A program made the position numbers and the translations under genes. The notes under the pieces are model-generated. The model was not told the origin of the DNA and made no database searches. It saw only the letters and a program-made list of their open reading frames with translations. Positions 13,463-25,813 of a stretch of 64,000 nucleotides of DNA are shown here, piece after piece (the stretch's first letter is position 1; each line of letters opens with the position of its first letter). The stretch covers positions 248,001 through 312,000 of the forward strand of contig JABVCE010000010.1 of assembly GCA_014905635.1 (NCBI GenBank). The letters are read 5' to 3'. The DNA is from Scenedesmus sp. PABB004 (taxonomy: Eukaryota).

Positions 13463-14132
13463 GGCGTGGGCGTGAGTGCGCAGCGCGGTGCCCGGCCGCG
13501 CTGCCCCCTGCCGCAGCCGCTGCTGCGCGGTGCAGCGCGCTGCCAGGCGGCGCACGCACTGGTGTTGCGGCTGGGGCGCTCGTCCTCGGACGAGTCGCTG
13601 CCGGGGTCCTCCGGCCGCGCGTCGTCGTTGCCGTCGTCGCTGCGGCGGCGGCGCACGCGGGGCGCGTGAGCTGCTGCGACTGCTGCTGCGACTGCTGATT
13701 CAGCGAGGCATGCGTGCGCGGAGTCCCCTGGCACGCGCTCCACGCGCCGGCGGCCGCCGGCGGCGCAGGCGCGGCCGCAGCAGCGCGCGCTGCGCGTCGC
13801 CAGCCGCCGCCGGCCGTGGCGCGCCGGGCGCGTCCTCACCCGTGCTCCCGGCCCGAAGTCTCGCCGGGCTGGTCGTCCCCCGCCGACTGCGCCGGGCGCG
13901 CGGCCGCGGCGGCCTGCATGTACTCGGCCAGGGCCTCGGCGAGCTCCTCATCGCCCTCCTCGTCGCTCCCGGGCTCGCCGCCCTCGCTGCTCGCCTCGCC
14001 GCCGGCGTCGTCGGCTGCCTCCTCGTCGCTGGAGAGGTCCAGCTCCTCGCGCCCCAGCTCCGGCACCTCCTCGCGCTCGAGGGCGTCGGCCGCAGCAGCG
14101 GCGGCCGCCCCGGCCTTGGGCCGCTTCGGCAT
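9989..14132 (-). CDS. BOP1: Ribosome biogenesis protein BOP1/ERB1, spliced
   Basis: [72 protein letters not shown]40 C-terminus [15 protein letters not shown]. Confidence 0.97.
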
Positions 14133-14384
14133 CGCCCCGGCGGCGCGCGGAGACGCGGGTCGTGAACCGGGCGCGCGGCCGCCCCAGCTGCGCGGCGGCG
14201 GCGCACGAGCAGCGGCGGCGGCGGCGGCTGGCGCCGCGGCTGCGGCGGTGGCGGCGCGCGGTCGTGGGCGCGGCTGCCGGTGCGGTGCGGCGGCCGTCTG
14301 CTGGCTGAGATGCCGCCGCCCGCATGCGCTCCGGGCTGCGGCGGCGGTCGAGCGCTCTAGGCCCTGCCGCGTTGCACCGCCGTC

Positions 14385-14614
14385 CAGTGGTGTCAGCGTT
14401 GCTGTGGGGCCTACTCCAGCCAGATTATGAGCCCGCAGGCGCTCAATCTGGGCCAGGGCGGCGCAACCGCCGGCCTGCTGTGCCAGATTAAGACAGCCCC
14501 GCCAGCGCTCAAAACCGTACTCTGTGCAGATTACGTACTCTGCAGATTACCGGCCCGCAAAAGCTTACTCCACAGAGTAGCCAGATTGCTAGATTACCAA
14601 CGCTGACACCACTG
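14385..14614. mobile_element. Non-autonomous hAT-type MITE, 230 bp
   Basis: Perfect 17-bp TIRs CAGTGGTGTCAGCGTTG (14385-14401 and 14598-14614), flanking 8-bp direct repeat CCGCCGTC (14377-14384 and 14615-14622), internal CAGATT repeats, AT-richer than the flanks. Confidence 0.92.
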
Positions 14615-14625
14615 CCGCCGTCGCC

Positions 14626-15501
14626 TCACCGCCGCTCCTCGAGCCCCTCCAAGTGCGGCGCGACCGTCGCGGCCACGAGCGCGGCGGCCGTGTCGTTCAG
14701 GTGGATGTGGTCCGTGAGCAGTCGCAGGCCGCGCGCGCGACTGATGGCGTCCCACGGCGTGCCGAACAGCCAGTGCGACAGCTTCGCGGTCAGCTGCGGC
14801 GCGAGGAGGCTGAGCGGGGTGAAGGTCGCCGGCGGCGGCGCGCTCGCGCGGGCGGGGCTCGGGCCCGCGCCGCGCAGGTGCGCCTCCAGCGTGGCGTGCA
14901 CGTCTGCGACCGCGACGCCGCGCGGCGGGAGCGCGTCGCGCAGGCGAGTGTTGATCGCGAGAACGCACGCGTTGCCCCGGTGCGCGGGCTGCTCCGTGAG
15001 CGGCGGCAACGTCAGCACGATGACCTGCGGCGGCGGCACGCGCGGTGCACTCGCAGAACGGCCGCAGGACGGCCGCGGCGCTGCGCGCGCAGCAGCGCCC
15101 TGCAGCGCGCTGCTCACCTTGGCGCGCGGTGCGCGCTGCTGCACCAGGCCAACGACGCCGCCGACGTGCGCGGCGGCGGCGGCGGGGCTGCAGGGCTGCG
15201 TGGCGCCGCGGAAGCGGTACAGCGTCCGCACCGCCTCGCTGCCGCACGCCCAGATCGCGTCGTTTGTGCCCGCGAGCAGCACCACGGCGGCGAGGCGGTG
15301 CGTGTGCGCGTCGAGCAGGCCCGCCGCGCGGCGCGCGATGCTCTCGGCCGGCTCGCCGTTCACGCCGGCGTTGACAAACTCGAGCGCCGGCCGCGCCGCC
15401 GCGAGCAGGCGCACCCAGCTCGCGCCGGCGACGCCGCGCGTGTGGCTGTCGCCGAGGCACAGCACGACCGGCCGACGGCCCGCCGCTGCCGCCGCTGCCA
15501 T
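14626..15501 (-). CDS. SGNH/GDSL hydrolase (lipase/esterase), one intron
   Basis: All four SGNH blocks present: CLGDSHT, VNAGVNG, LAGTND, TDHIHLN. Confidence 0.9.
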   Translation of the reverse strand: MAAAAAAGRRPVVLCLGDSHTRGVAGASWVRLLAAARPALEFVNAGVNGEPAESIARRAAGLLDAHTHRLAAVVLLAGTNDAIWACGSEAVRTLYRFRGATQPCSPAAAAAHVGGVVGLVQQRAPRAKVSSALQGAAARAAPRPSCGRSASAPRVPPPQVIVLTLPPLTEQPAHRGNACVLAINTRLRDALPPRGVAVADVHATLEAHLRGAGPSPARASAPPPATFTPLSLLAPQLTAKLSHWLFGTPWDAISRARGLRLLTDHIHLNDTAAALVAATVAPHLEGLEERR

Positions 15502-15899
15502 CGCAGGCGCAGGCGGCGGGCGCTGCGCGGCAGTCTGCGAGCGCACAGTGAGGGAGTGGGCGGATGCTGGGTGTGAGTCTGACCAGGCGGCCAGAGCTCT
15601 GTGCTGTGGAGAGCTCTGTCGCCACGCCACGCCCTCGCCGCTCAAAAGTGCCGCGCGCGACGGCAGCGGCGGCCGCAGTGCGGTTCAGGTCTCGCTGCAA
15701 GCGGGGTCGCCTGCGCCCGCGGCCCCAGCCGTGCGCAGTCGTGAGAGTGAGCGTGGGCCCGGCTGCGGGGCGCCTGGGGGCGGCGGCGGCGCTCGAACGA
15801 TGCAGCAGCGGCGCGCGGACAGCTGCCGCCGCGGGCGACCGCACGGCGCCCCGGTGCCGACCGATCGCCCCTGACCGGTGCGTCGGCGCTCCCACAGCC

Positions 15900-18800
15900 A
15901 TGCGCGCCAACCGCAGCCGCGGCCGCAGCGTGGACGCGTTTGCCGCCGACGCCAAGTCGCGCGTGCTCGCCCGCGCGGAGCGCATCCATGGAGGTGCGGG
16001 GGCGCTGTCGGGACGACGGCGCAGACCTCCCCCGGCGCACCGCCGCGGCGCCCGCGCGAGCCGCCCGCGCGCGCGCTTCCCGCCGCCGCTCACGCGCGCG
16101 GGCGCCGCGCTTCCGCCGCCGCCAGAGACGGGTCTCCTCACGGCGGAGCGCGTCGCGCGGCTGGCGGGCGAGAACCTGCAGCACGCGTACGAGTGCCTCC
16201 GCGTGACGACGCACGGCGCGGCCTGCGTGAGCGTCGCGTTCCACACCGAGCTGCCGGACACGCTCGTGTGCGCGACGACCGCCAACGCCGTCGCCGTGTT
16301 TGACCTGCAGCGCCTCGCGTCGGCCACGCGGCCGGCTGGGCCCCGCAAGTGCAGCACGAGCTTCACGCCCGACCTCGCGACCTGCGCGGTCTGGGGCGAC
16401 CCCATGGCGCCGGCGATCGAGCTGCAGCTCGCGCACGGGAGCCGCTTCGCGTTCCTGGCGGGCCACGCATCCGAGGTGCGCTGCTGCGCGCTGTCGGCCG
16501 ATGGCGCTGTCGTGGTGAGCGGCGGCCGCGGCGGCCAGGCGTTCCTCTGGCAGGTGGCGCCAGCGAGCGCCCCAGGGGCGGGGCCAGGCGACGACGTGGC
16601 CGCGTCGCGCGTGGCGCTGCCGGGCCACGGCCAGGGCGCCCAGGTCAAGGCCTGCTGTGTGTCGGCGGACGGGCGCTGGGCGGCCACGGGCGGCAGCGAC
16701 GGCCTGGTCCTGCTGTGGGACCTGACCGGCCGGCAGCCGCCGCCCGCGGCGCCGGGCGTGGCGGCCGGCCCAGACGGCGCCGCGCAGGGCGGCGGCGGCA
16801 GCGGCAGCGCGGACGGCAGCGGCAGCAGCAAAAGCAGTGCGGACGGCGGCGGCAGCAGCAGCAGCGCAGACGGCGACGGCCGTGCCAGCGCCAGCGCAGA
16901 CGGGGACGCCAGCGCCAGCGCCGACGGCGCCAGCGCCGATGGCGGCGGCGCGGGCGTGCGGCCGGCGCCGCGCCTGGCGGCGAGCTTCGAGCTGGGCGAG
17001 CAGGTCTCGGCGCTGCACCTGTCGGGGGACGGCGCCGTGCTGGCGGTCGGCACGCGCAGCGGCAGGGTGCACGCGGCGGCGGGCCCGGAGCGCACGATGC
17101 TCCCGCTGCCGCCGCGGCACCAGGACGGCTGCAAGGTGCGGTGCTGCGCGGTGTCGCCCGACGGCGCGCTGCTGATCAGCTGCGCGGACGACTGCTGCCT
17201 CGTGCTGTGGGACCTCGCCGCCGGCGCAAGCGTGCTGTCAGCGCATGAGCACTTCAAGGCGCCGCACGGCTGCTGCTGGAGCCCCGACGGCCGGCGCATC
17301 GTCACCGTGGGTGCGTGGCGGCTGGTTTCGCCCGCGCCGCGCGCCGCGCGCTGCGCGCCGCCGCCACCGCTGCCCGCGCCGCGCCGATCCCTGCCTGCCC
17401 GGCTGCCCGGCTGCCCGGCGGCGGGCTGCAGGGCTCGACGCGCTGATCTGCGTGGTGGACGTGGTGCTCCTGCGGGCGCAGCACCGGCTGCGCATCGCCA
17501 CGCGCCTCGACGCTGGCGCGCCTGCGGTCCCGGGCCAGCAGTCCGCGGCGGCGGGCGCGCCAGCGCTGCCGCGCCACCCGCTGCTGCAGCGCGCGGCGAC
17601 CGACGGCGGCGAGCGACTGCTGGCGTGCGGGCAGCTGCGGCCGGCGGAGTGCGCGGGCGGCTCGCGCACGCTGCAGCGTGGCGGCGAGCCGCCCGGCGGC
17701 GAGCCCGGGCCGGGCGCGGTGCTGTGCGCCGACCAGGCGGGGCAGATCAGCGTGCTGCTGCCCGGCGACGCCGCCGCGACGCCCACCGGCCTCGGCGTGG
17801 GCGGAGCGGTCAACTTTTGCTGCTTTGACGGCAGCGTCGTCGCCGCCGCGCGCCGGGACGGCGCGGTCACTGCGCTGAGCTGCTCCGAGGCGGCGCCCCC
17901 GCGCGGCAGCGCGTCCAGCGCCGGCGGCGGCGCGGGCCTGGCCGCGTGGGAGCCGCCCGTGGCGGTGTCGGCCAAGCTCGACATGACTGTCGCCGGCATC
18001 GCCGTCAACGCCCAGCTCGGGCGCGTCGCGCTCGCGGGCACGGAGCGCAAGCAGCACCAGACGGGCGCGCTGTGGTGCGCGGCGGCGGCGGGCGCTGCCA
18101 GCGCGGCGCGGCGCGGCGCGGCGCTGGCCGCGGGGCGGGGCCAGTCGCTCACCGCGTGGCTCGCGCCGGCCGCCGCCCTGCAGGCTCTGGGAGTACGATC
18201 CCTCGGTCCGCCCCGCGGTGCTGGGCGGCAGCCGCGAACTGCGCGACGAGAGCGGCTTCGGGCTGGGCTCCCTCGTCTCCGTGCGCTCCGGCATGCTCTC
18301 GTCTGGAGGTGCGGCGCGGCGCGGGGCGGGGCCGCGCGCTCGGCCGGCGGGCGCGCCCTGCGAGCGTGCGCCACGGCTGCCGCGCCGCGCCGCGCCGCAG
18401 AGAGCCGCATCGCCAGCGTCGGCGGCAACAGCGACCTGGATGCGCTGGACTCGGACCTGCTCAAGGCGCACAGCGCCGACGCCGCCGCGCCGGCGGGGCG
18501 CGGCGGCAGCGCCGCGCGCGCCGCGGCGGCCTGCACGCCCGCGGCGGCGGCGGTCGGCGCGCACGGGTGGCTCTGGCGCTGCGCCAACCCGTTCCGCGTG
18601 CTCACCACGCCCGACGCGCCGCTGAGCTGCTGCGCGTGGGCGGGCGGCGAGCACGCGCGCGTCGTCGTCGGCAGCGGCGCCGGCTGGCTGAGCGTGGTCA
18701 GCCTCGAGGGCGAGGAGCTGGAGGCCGACGCCGTGCGGCACCAGGTCCACCGGTGCGAGGTCACGGCCGCCGCGTTTGCGCGCGACGGCGCGAGCGTCGT

Positions 18801-21800
18801 ATCGGGCGGCGCCGACGGGCGCGTCGTGATGTGGAGCGCCGTCACCGGGTTCAAGCTCGCCGTGCTCACGCTGCACTCGGCGCCCGTGCGGTCGCTCGCA
18901 CTCGACGGAGGTGAGCCGAGCCGCGCGCCGCGCCGACGGCCCCTCCCTGCTGCGCTCACCGCCTCCGCGGCGGCCGCCCGTGCGCAGACGGCGGCCTGCT
19001 CGCCGTGGGCGACGCCGCCGGCGTCGTGAGCAGCTGGGACATGCGCCAGGCCAGCCTGCTCGCGGCGGCCCAGGCGCATGATGGCGCCGCGACGTGCGTC
19101 ACGTGGGCGCGCGGCGGCGGCGCCGCCGCCGCCGCCGACGCCGTCGTGTCGTGCGGCGCGGACGGCGCGCTGGCGCGGCTGCAGCCCGACCCCAGCATCG
19201 CCACGCTCTATGCCGCGGCCTTTCGCGGCCTCTATCACGGCGCCAAGAAGAGCCACAAGGCGCGGCGGCGGCTGCGCGGCGGCGGGCGGGGTTCGTCAAG
19301 GGGTGGCTAGCGCGCCGCGCCCTGCCAGGGCACGTCGCGCCGCGGCGTCGCTGCGGCAGCCAGTGGGACGACCGCCGCACGCGCCGCGCAGACGCACAAG
19401 CTCGAGGCCGCGCTCGCCTGGCACCTGCAGCACGGCGCGCTGCAGGACGGCGCCGTGCTGCAGCAGCTCGCGGCGCTCGCGGCCGCCGAAGGCAACGTCG
19501 CGGTGCTGGGCCTGATTCTGCCGCTGTTCGAGCGCATGTCCTGGCTGGTGCGCAGCGCCGCGGCCGCCGCCACGCCGCCCCCGTGCCGCCCGCGCGCCGC
19601 CCACGCGTCGCCCGCCCGCCCGCGTGCGGTGTGCACGCGCCGCAGCTGCACTTTGGCCCGGTGCTCGCTGCGCCGCCGCCGGCGCCGGGCGGCCTCAGCA
19701 AGAGCGACTCTGACCGCTCGCTGCTCGCGCGCCGCTCGGCGTACCTGGCGGCCACGGTCGGCGCCGGCGCCGCCTCGGGCGCCGGCGCCGGCGGCCCGGC
19801 GGTCGGCGAATACGTCATTCACCCCCACGACCGCCACGACACGGCGGCCGGGTTGAGCGTCGTCGGCGCGGCACACGCCGCGCGCCGCGCCAGCAAGGAG
19901 CCCGGCGGCGGCGCGGCGGCGGCGCGGCGCGGGCACGGGCGGCACCGCAGCCTCGGCTCCGCGGCCGAGGCGGTGCTGGAGGGCGCGGGCCCCGGCAGCC
20001 GCTGGGGGAGCAGCGTGGTCGACATCCGCAGCGTGCTGGCGTTCAACCTGCCCCCGCGCCAGGCGGGCCAGCGCGGCGGCGACGAGGGCGGTGAGGGCGC
20101 CGCGGCGGGCGGCGGGCCCGGCGGCCCCGGGCGGGCGCGGCCCGGCGACGGCGGCGGCGGCGCGGACGACTCGGGCGGCTCCGGCGGCGCGAGCTCGCCC
20201 GCCGCGCACGGCAGCCCTTCCGGGGGCAACTCGCCGGCGCTGCTCTCGCCAACGCGGCTGCTCAGCCCTGCGCAGAGCCGCAACGCGCGCGCGACCGCGC
20301 AGCTGCCCAGCCTGGGCACGCTACACGAGGAGAGCCACGGCGGCGGCGCCCAGGTGCTGCAGGACGCGCGCGCGCGGCTGGCCGCGGCCGTCGCCGCTGC
20401 AGTGGCAGCCGACGCGGGCGGCGGCCAGCCGGGCAGCCCGCACGTGGGCATCACCATCGCTGGCGGCGACGACGACAGCGGCAGCGAGGCGGCGGGCGCC
20501 ACCCCCGCGTGTGGCGGCAGCGCGCTGGGCGCGGGCGGCAGCCCGCGCGCTGCGCCGCCCGGCAGCCCCTTTGCGGGACACGACGCGCCCGGCGCCAGCC
20601 CGCTGCAGCACCAGGGCAGCGGCGGGCTGGCGGGCGCGCCGGCGCTCGGCGGCGACGGCGGCGCGCTGCAGGGCCACATCGGCGTGGGGCGGACGCTGCT
20701 CTCCTTCCTCAGCGGCCGCCGCACCGCCTCGCCGGGCGGCGACGCGGGCTGCGCCGGCCTGGCGCAGCGCCAGCGCTCGCTGTCTGAGGGCGCGAGCCTC
20801 GCGCAGCGCCTGGGCGCCTACCGCGCCTCGGGGCTGCCCTTTGGCGGCGGCGGCAGCAGCAAGGACTCGGACGCCGACAGCGGCGCCGACGCGCCCGCCG
20901 CGCCCCCGGGCGGCGGGCGCGGCGCGTCGCCGCTGGGCGCCGCCGCCGGCGGCTGGTGGGACCGCGCCGGCCAGCCCAGGCCCGCGCCGGCCGGCGCGGC
21001 GGCTGCCGACTGCGGCCAGGGCCCGTCGCTGTCTGCGCAGTCGTCGCGCAAGCGCTCCTCGCGCGAGCTCTGGCGCTGGACCAGCAGCCGGCGCAGCCGC
21101 GGCGGCAGCGCCGCGACGCTGCCGGGCGAGCCCTCGAGCGCCGGCGTCGCGCCGCCAGACCTCGCCAAGACCCCGTCCGCCATGTCGGCCGGCTCCTCCA
21201 AGGGCGACGTCGGCGGCTCGGGGCGCAAGCGGCTGGCGCTGTTCTCATTCGCCAGCTGGAGGTGGGTCGGCGCGGCGCGGCATTCGGTCGTGCGGCCGGG
21301 CCGGCGCGGCCGCCCCACCCACGCCGCCGACGCGCCCCGCCGCACCGCGGCGCGCTGCGCAGGGAGGGCAGCCGGGCCGGCGCCTCGGCGGTGGCGCAGA
21401 GCCCGCCCGCGCCCGGCGGCGCGCCGCCCGCGCCGCGCGGCGGCGGCGGCCGCGGCCGCGCCGCGCCGCGCCGCGCCGACGACCTGCTGCAGGCGGCGAT
21501 GCGTTCGCAGCAGCCGGCGGCGGTGCGGCTCGTCGTCGATGCGCTGCTGGAGGGGCGCTTCAGCAAGGTCTCGGTCGTGGCCCACATGTACGAGGCCCTG
21601 CAGGCGCTCATACACGACCAGCAGGTCCGCGGGAGGCTGCAGTGGGCGGGCCGAGCGCGTGCGAGCAGCCCTCCGCGCCGCGCCCCGGCGGCGGGCGCCC
21701 CACGGCCGCGCGGCGCGCGCCTCGCCGCCGCGCAGCACAAGCGCGCGTGCCGGCGGCTGCTGAAGCACCTGCCCATGATTGACAACGGCGAGGTGCAGGT

Positions 21801-24800
21801 CGACTCGCTGCTCACACACAACAACAAAATCCTCATAAAGTGCTCGGCGGTGCGGCCGCGCACGCGCTGCGCGCGGCGCCGCACCAGCCGCCCGACTGCG
21901 CCCGCGGCGCGCCGCTCGTGCGGCGCCCGTGCGCAGTGCGGGCACCCCGGCAGCCTGTGGGCGAGCGCGACGAGCGGCACGCAGCCACTGCTCGACGCGC
22001 TCGATGTGCTCATTGTGCGCGCGAGCTGGCGCGACAGCATCGCCGCGCTGCTCATGTGGCCCGTGCTCTGGGCGCTGCGCCGCCTCGGCGCGGCGTGGCT
22101 GTGGCTCTGGGCGCGCCAGGGCCTCGGCACCAGGCGCGCCGGCGCGCGGGGGGCGGCGGGCGGCGTGGACGGGCGGTCGCCGCCGCCGGCGGCCAGCGCG
22201 CGCGCGCCGCTCACACGCAGGCCGCCGCCGCCGCGCCGCAGGCACCGCGTGCAGGTGTCGGCGCGCAGCCAGCTCGTCCCTGTCGCGCACGCAGCGGAGA
22301 TCCGCTCCGGCGCGCGCGGCAACCTGCTGCGCCAGCTCGTGTCGGCCAACGTCGACGCGGGTGCGCCGCGTCGCGCGCCGCCGCGCGCCCGCGAGCCGCC
22401 GCGGCCCCGCCCGCCCGGCCCCGCCTCGCCGCGGCCGGCCGCGGCGCCGCGCGCCTGCCGCCCCAGCCCCGCGCCACACCGCGCAGACCTGTACGGCCGC
22501 GAGCTCGTGCGCGCGGTCATCAACGTCAAGTGGGAGAGCTTCGCCCGGGCCTTCCTGCTCATGCAGGTGTGTGGGAGGGGCATGCGCGCGGCCAGCGGGG
22601 GTGTGGGCGGGCACGCGCGCGGCCAGCGGCCAGCAGCAGGCCGGCGGCGGCGGGGGGCGTGCCTCGCGCGCGCTGCGTGATCATGCGCGCTGCGCGCCGG
22701 CGCGCCGGCCCCAACAGCGGCGGCGGCGCCCCGCGCCGCCGCGGACCCGCGCCGCAGGGCGTGCAGTTTGGCGCGTTTGTCGTGCTCTTCTTGGCCTACA
22801 TGGGCGTGGCCGTCTACGGCGGAGGTGCGGCGCGCCGCCGGCGGCGCGGCGGCGCGGCGCGGCCTGCGCCTCGGCGGGCCCCGACGGGCGCGCGGCGCGT
22901 GCCCCGCGCCGCCGCGCGCGGGGGGCGCTGACCGCGCCCCCGCCCCCGCCGCCGCCCGCGCCGCCGCGCGCGCCAGACCCGTCCTGGACGACGGCGCAGC
23001 TGCTGGCGCACCCGCAGGGCCGCGCCGCGGTCGCGCTGGAGTGCGTGCTGGTGATCATGATGGCCGGGCAGGTGAGATTTAGGAGGGAGTGGTGGGAGGG
23101 TTTAGGGCGGTGACGATGAGGCAGCCGTGGCGGCGGCCTGCGGGCGGCCCGTGGGCTCCGCGCGCAGCGCACAGCACGCGCAGCGCACAGCGCACGGCAC
23201 ACCCCGCGGGGCGTGTGCTGCTCCCGCCCCGCCAGGCGGTGGATGAGGTGAAGCAGGTCATCACCTACGGCCGGGAGTACTTCAACTCACCATGGAACTG
23301 GGTGCGCAGGGCCGCCGCGGGCGCCGCGCCCGCCGCCGCCGGCACTGCCGCTGGCGCGCGCGGCATCGCCGCAGTGCCCCACCCACCCGCCCACCCACCC
23401 ACACCCACCGCCCGCACCCACACCCACCCTCTCACACCCGCCCCGCCCACACGCACGCGCGCGCCAGATGGACATGACGTCGTGCGTGCTTCTCTCCGTG
23501 CTGGTCCTGCTGCACCTCACCCGCGCCAACCACCAGCTGTTTGTCGTGCTCGTCGCGCTCGAGGTGGGGCGGCGCGGCCCGGCCCCACAAACGCACCCCC
23601 TGCGCCGTGCCGCGCCGCGTCTCGTCGGCCCTTGGGGCTCACCGCGCCCGCCCGCGCCGCGGCCGCAGGTGCTGCTGCTCTGCCTGCGCTCCCTGTACTT
23701 CTGCATGGCCATCGAGCAGATCGGCGCGCTGCTGCGCATGGTGCGGCCGCGGCCGGGGCGCGCAATCAAACGCGGCCGAATCGCGGCAAACCGCGGTCAA
23801 GCGCGCCGCCGTCACCGCCTCACTGTGCCCCCCCCCCCCCCACACACACACGCAAACCCCCACGCACTGGCCGCCAGGTGCTGATTGTGATCCGGGACAT
23901 GCGCTGGTTCTTCATGATGCTCCTCTTCCTCGTGAGCGCCCCGGGGACGGACGGCGCGGGTTCAGGGTTTAGGAGGGGTTGGGGGTTGGACGAGGCGGCG
24001 CGGCGCGGCGCCAGCCCTCTGGGCGCGGGCACGCGCCCGCGCGCCCGCGCGCCCGCGCGCCCGCGCGCCCGCGCTCCCGCGCCCACCAACTGCCGCCCCC
24101 CTGCCGCCGCCGCCCCGCGTCTCGCCGCTGCCGCGCCGCGCCACCGCCCAGCTCATCTCGTTTGGCCTCACCTTTAGCGTTCTCATGTCGCCCGCGTCGA
24201 GCAGCCGCCTGAGCGTCGTGTCCCTCGTCGGCAGCAGCGCGCTCGCGGAGGACGCGGAGGTGCAGGTCTTTGGCAGCCTCGAGGTGACGCGGGGGCTGTG
24301 GGGGTGTGTGGTGGTGGTGGGGAAGGGGGGGGGGGTCAAGGGACGTGCGCGGCGCGCTGCGCGTGCTGGGCGCGGCGGCGCGAGCCCTCGACGCGCCCGC
24401 CGCGGGGCCTCGCCGCCCCCCCCCCCCCCCCCCCCCCCAGGACTCCATCACGCAGCTCTTCACCATCATGTTCGGTGCGCACCCCGACCGCGCACGCAAA
24501 CGCGCCGCGCCGCGCCGCGCCCTCACTGCACCCCCCCCCCCCACACACACACACACAGGTGACGTCCAGTTCTCCACGCTCAAAACGATAATGAACGTCA
24601 ACACGGTGCGCAGGGGGAGAGGCAGGGGCAGGGCGAGCGGGAGGGGCAGGGCGAGCGGGCGGCAGAAGGGGGCACCACCCCGCGCCGCCGCCGCCGCCGC
24701 CGCGTCGCGTGTTGGCCCCCGGACGCGCCGCGCGCCCGCGCCGTCGCTGCCGTACCTCACCCGCGGCCGCCGCGCCCCCTCCCCAGGTCGCGAGCCGGCT

Positions 24801-25813
24801 GGCGGTGACGCTGTGCTGCGTGTACGCGGTGCTGGTGCTTATCGTGCTGGTCAACCTGCTCATCGCCATCGTGGACGAGACGTACGGTGAGGCCGCCTGG
24901 CCCGCCCGCCTGCGCCCCACGGCCGCCGCCTGGCGCACGCGGGCGCGCGGGGGCCGCCCCGCCGGCCCCCTGACGCCCGCGCGCCGCCCGCGCGCCGCCC
25001 GCCCCCCGGCCGCGTGCGCCTCAACCCTAAACCCTTAACCCTAAACCCTAAACACCCTGTCCCCTAAACCCCAGGCGTGGTCAAGGAGAGCGAGGCGGAC
25101 CAGATGCTGCGCAACAAGGCGCTCATCATCGACGAGATCGAGTCCACGCTCACCGCCGCGGTGGTGACCGACCTCAACTCGCGGTGCGGCACGCGCCAGC
25201 GGCGGCGCGCTGCGGCAGGGGCGGCAGGGGGCGCGCGGGGGCGGGGAGAGGGAGGGAGAGAGAGTGGGGGACGGGGAGAGGGAGAGAGGGAGGGAGAGGC
25301 CGCGGCGCCGACTGCCCGCCGCCGCGCCGGCCCGCCGCGCCGCGCAGCGTGCTGCTGCCGTACGTGCACATCTTGGTCCCGCAGGCGGCGCGGCTCGACG
25401 CGGCCGCGCACCGCCGGCGCGACGTGTACGCCAAGCTGCGCAAGCTCAAGCACGCCATGCGCGAGCGCCTGGCCCCCGAACCGCCCGGCGGCGGCACGCC
25501 CGGCGCGCCCGGTGGCCCCGGCGCGGCGCCGTCGCCGCCGCCGGGCCAGGCGCCCGCGCCCGGCGGGCTGTGGTCGGGGCCGGGGCAGCGCGGCGGCGGC
25601 GGCGCCGGCGCCGCGCACGGCCCGCCGGCGCGCGGCGGTGCGGTCAGCGGCGCCGGGGCCGGCGGGGGCGCAGCCGCGCCGGCGGGCGGCGCGGCCGCGG
25701 CCGCGCGGCTGGCGGCGGACGTGGCGGCCCTGTCGGCCAAGGTGGACGGCCTGGCGGGCGACCTGGGGCAAGTGAAGGACCTGCTGGCGGCGCTGCTCGC
25801 CAGGCAGCAGTGA
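15900..25813 (+). CDS. Very large WD40-repeat protein with a C-terminal TRP-like six-TM cation channel domain, many exons
   Basis: WD40 repeats (GHASEVRCCALSADG, TGGSDGLVLLWD, SGGADGRVVMWS); pre-S1 VRAVINVKWESFAR; YFNSPWNWMD; IGALLRMV..IRDMRWFF; pore FGSLEDSITQLFTIMFGD; S6 VLVNLLIAIVDETY; C-terminal coiled coil. Confidence 0.8.
25023..25071. repeat. Degenerate interstitial telomere-type (CCCTAAA)n repeat inside an intron
   Basis: aaccctaaacccttaaccctaaaccctaaac...ccctaaacc immediately before the CAG acceptor at 25072-25074. Confidence 0.8.

Noticed and set aside
14411..14597. Spaced CAGATT/TACTC repeats resembling a CRISPR array or iterons
   Set aside because: Too short and irregular, no cas genes, eukaryotic context; explained as MITE subterminal repeats
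16790..16950. SADG-type peptide repeats in the WD40 region
   Set aside because: Ordinary low-complexity loop expansion
25023..25071. Possible chromosome end or misassembly
   Set aside because: Only a few degenerate units, and the channel exons continue in frame on both sides
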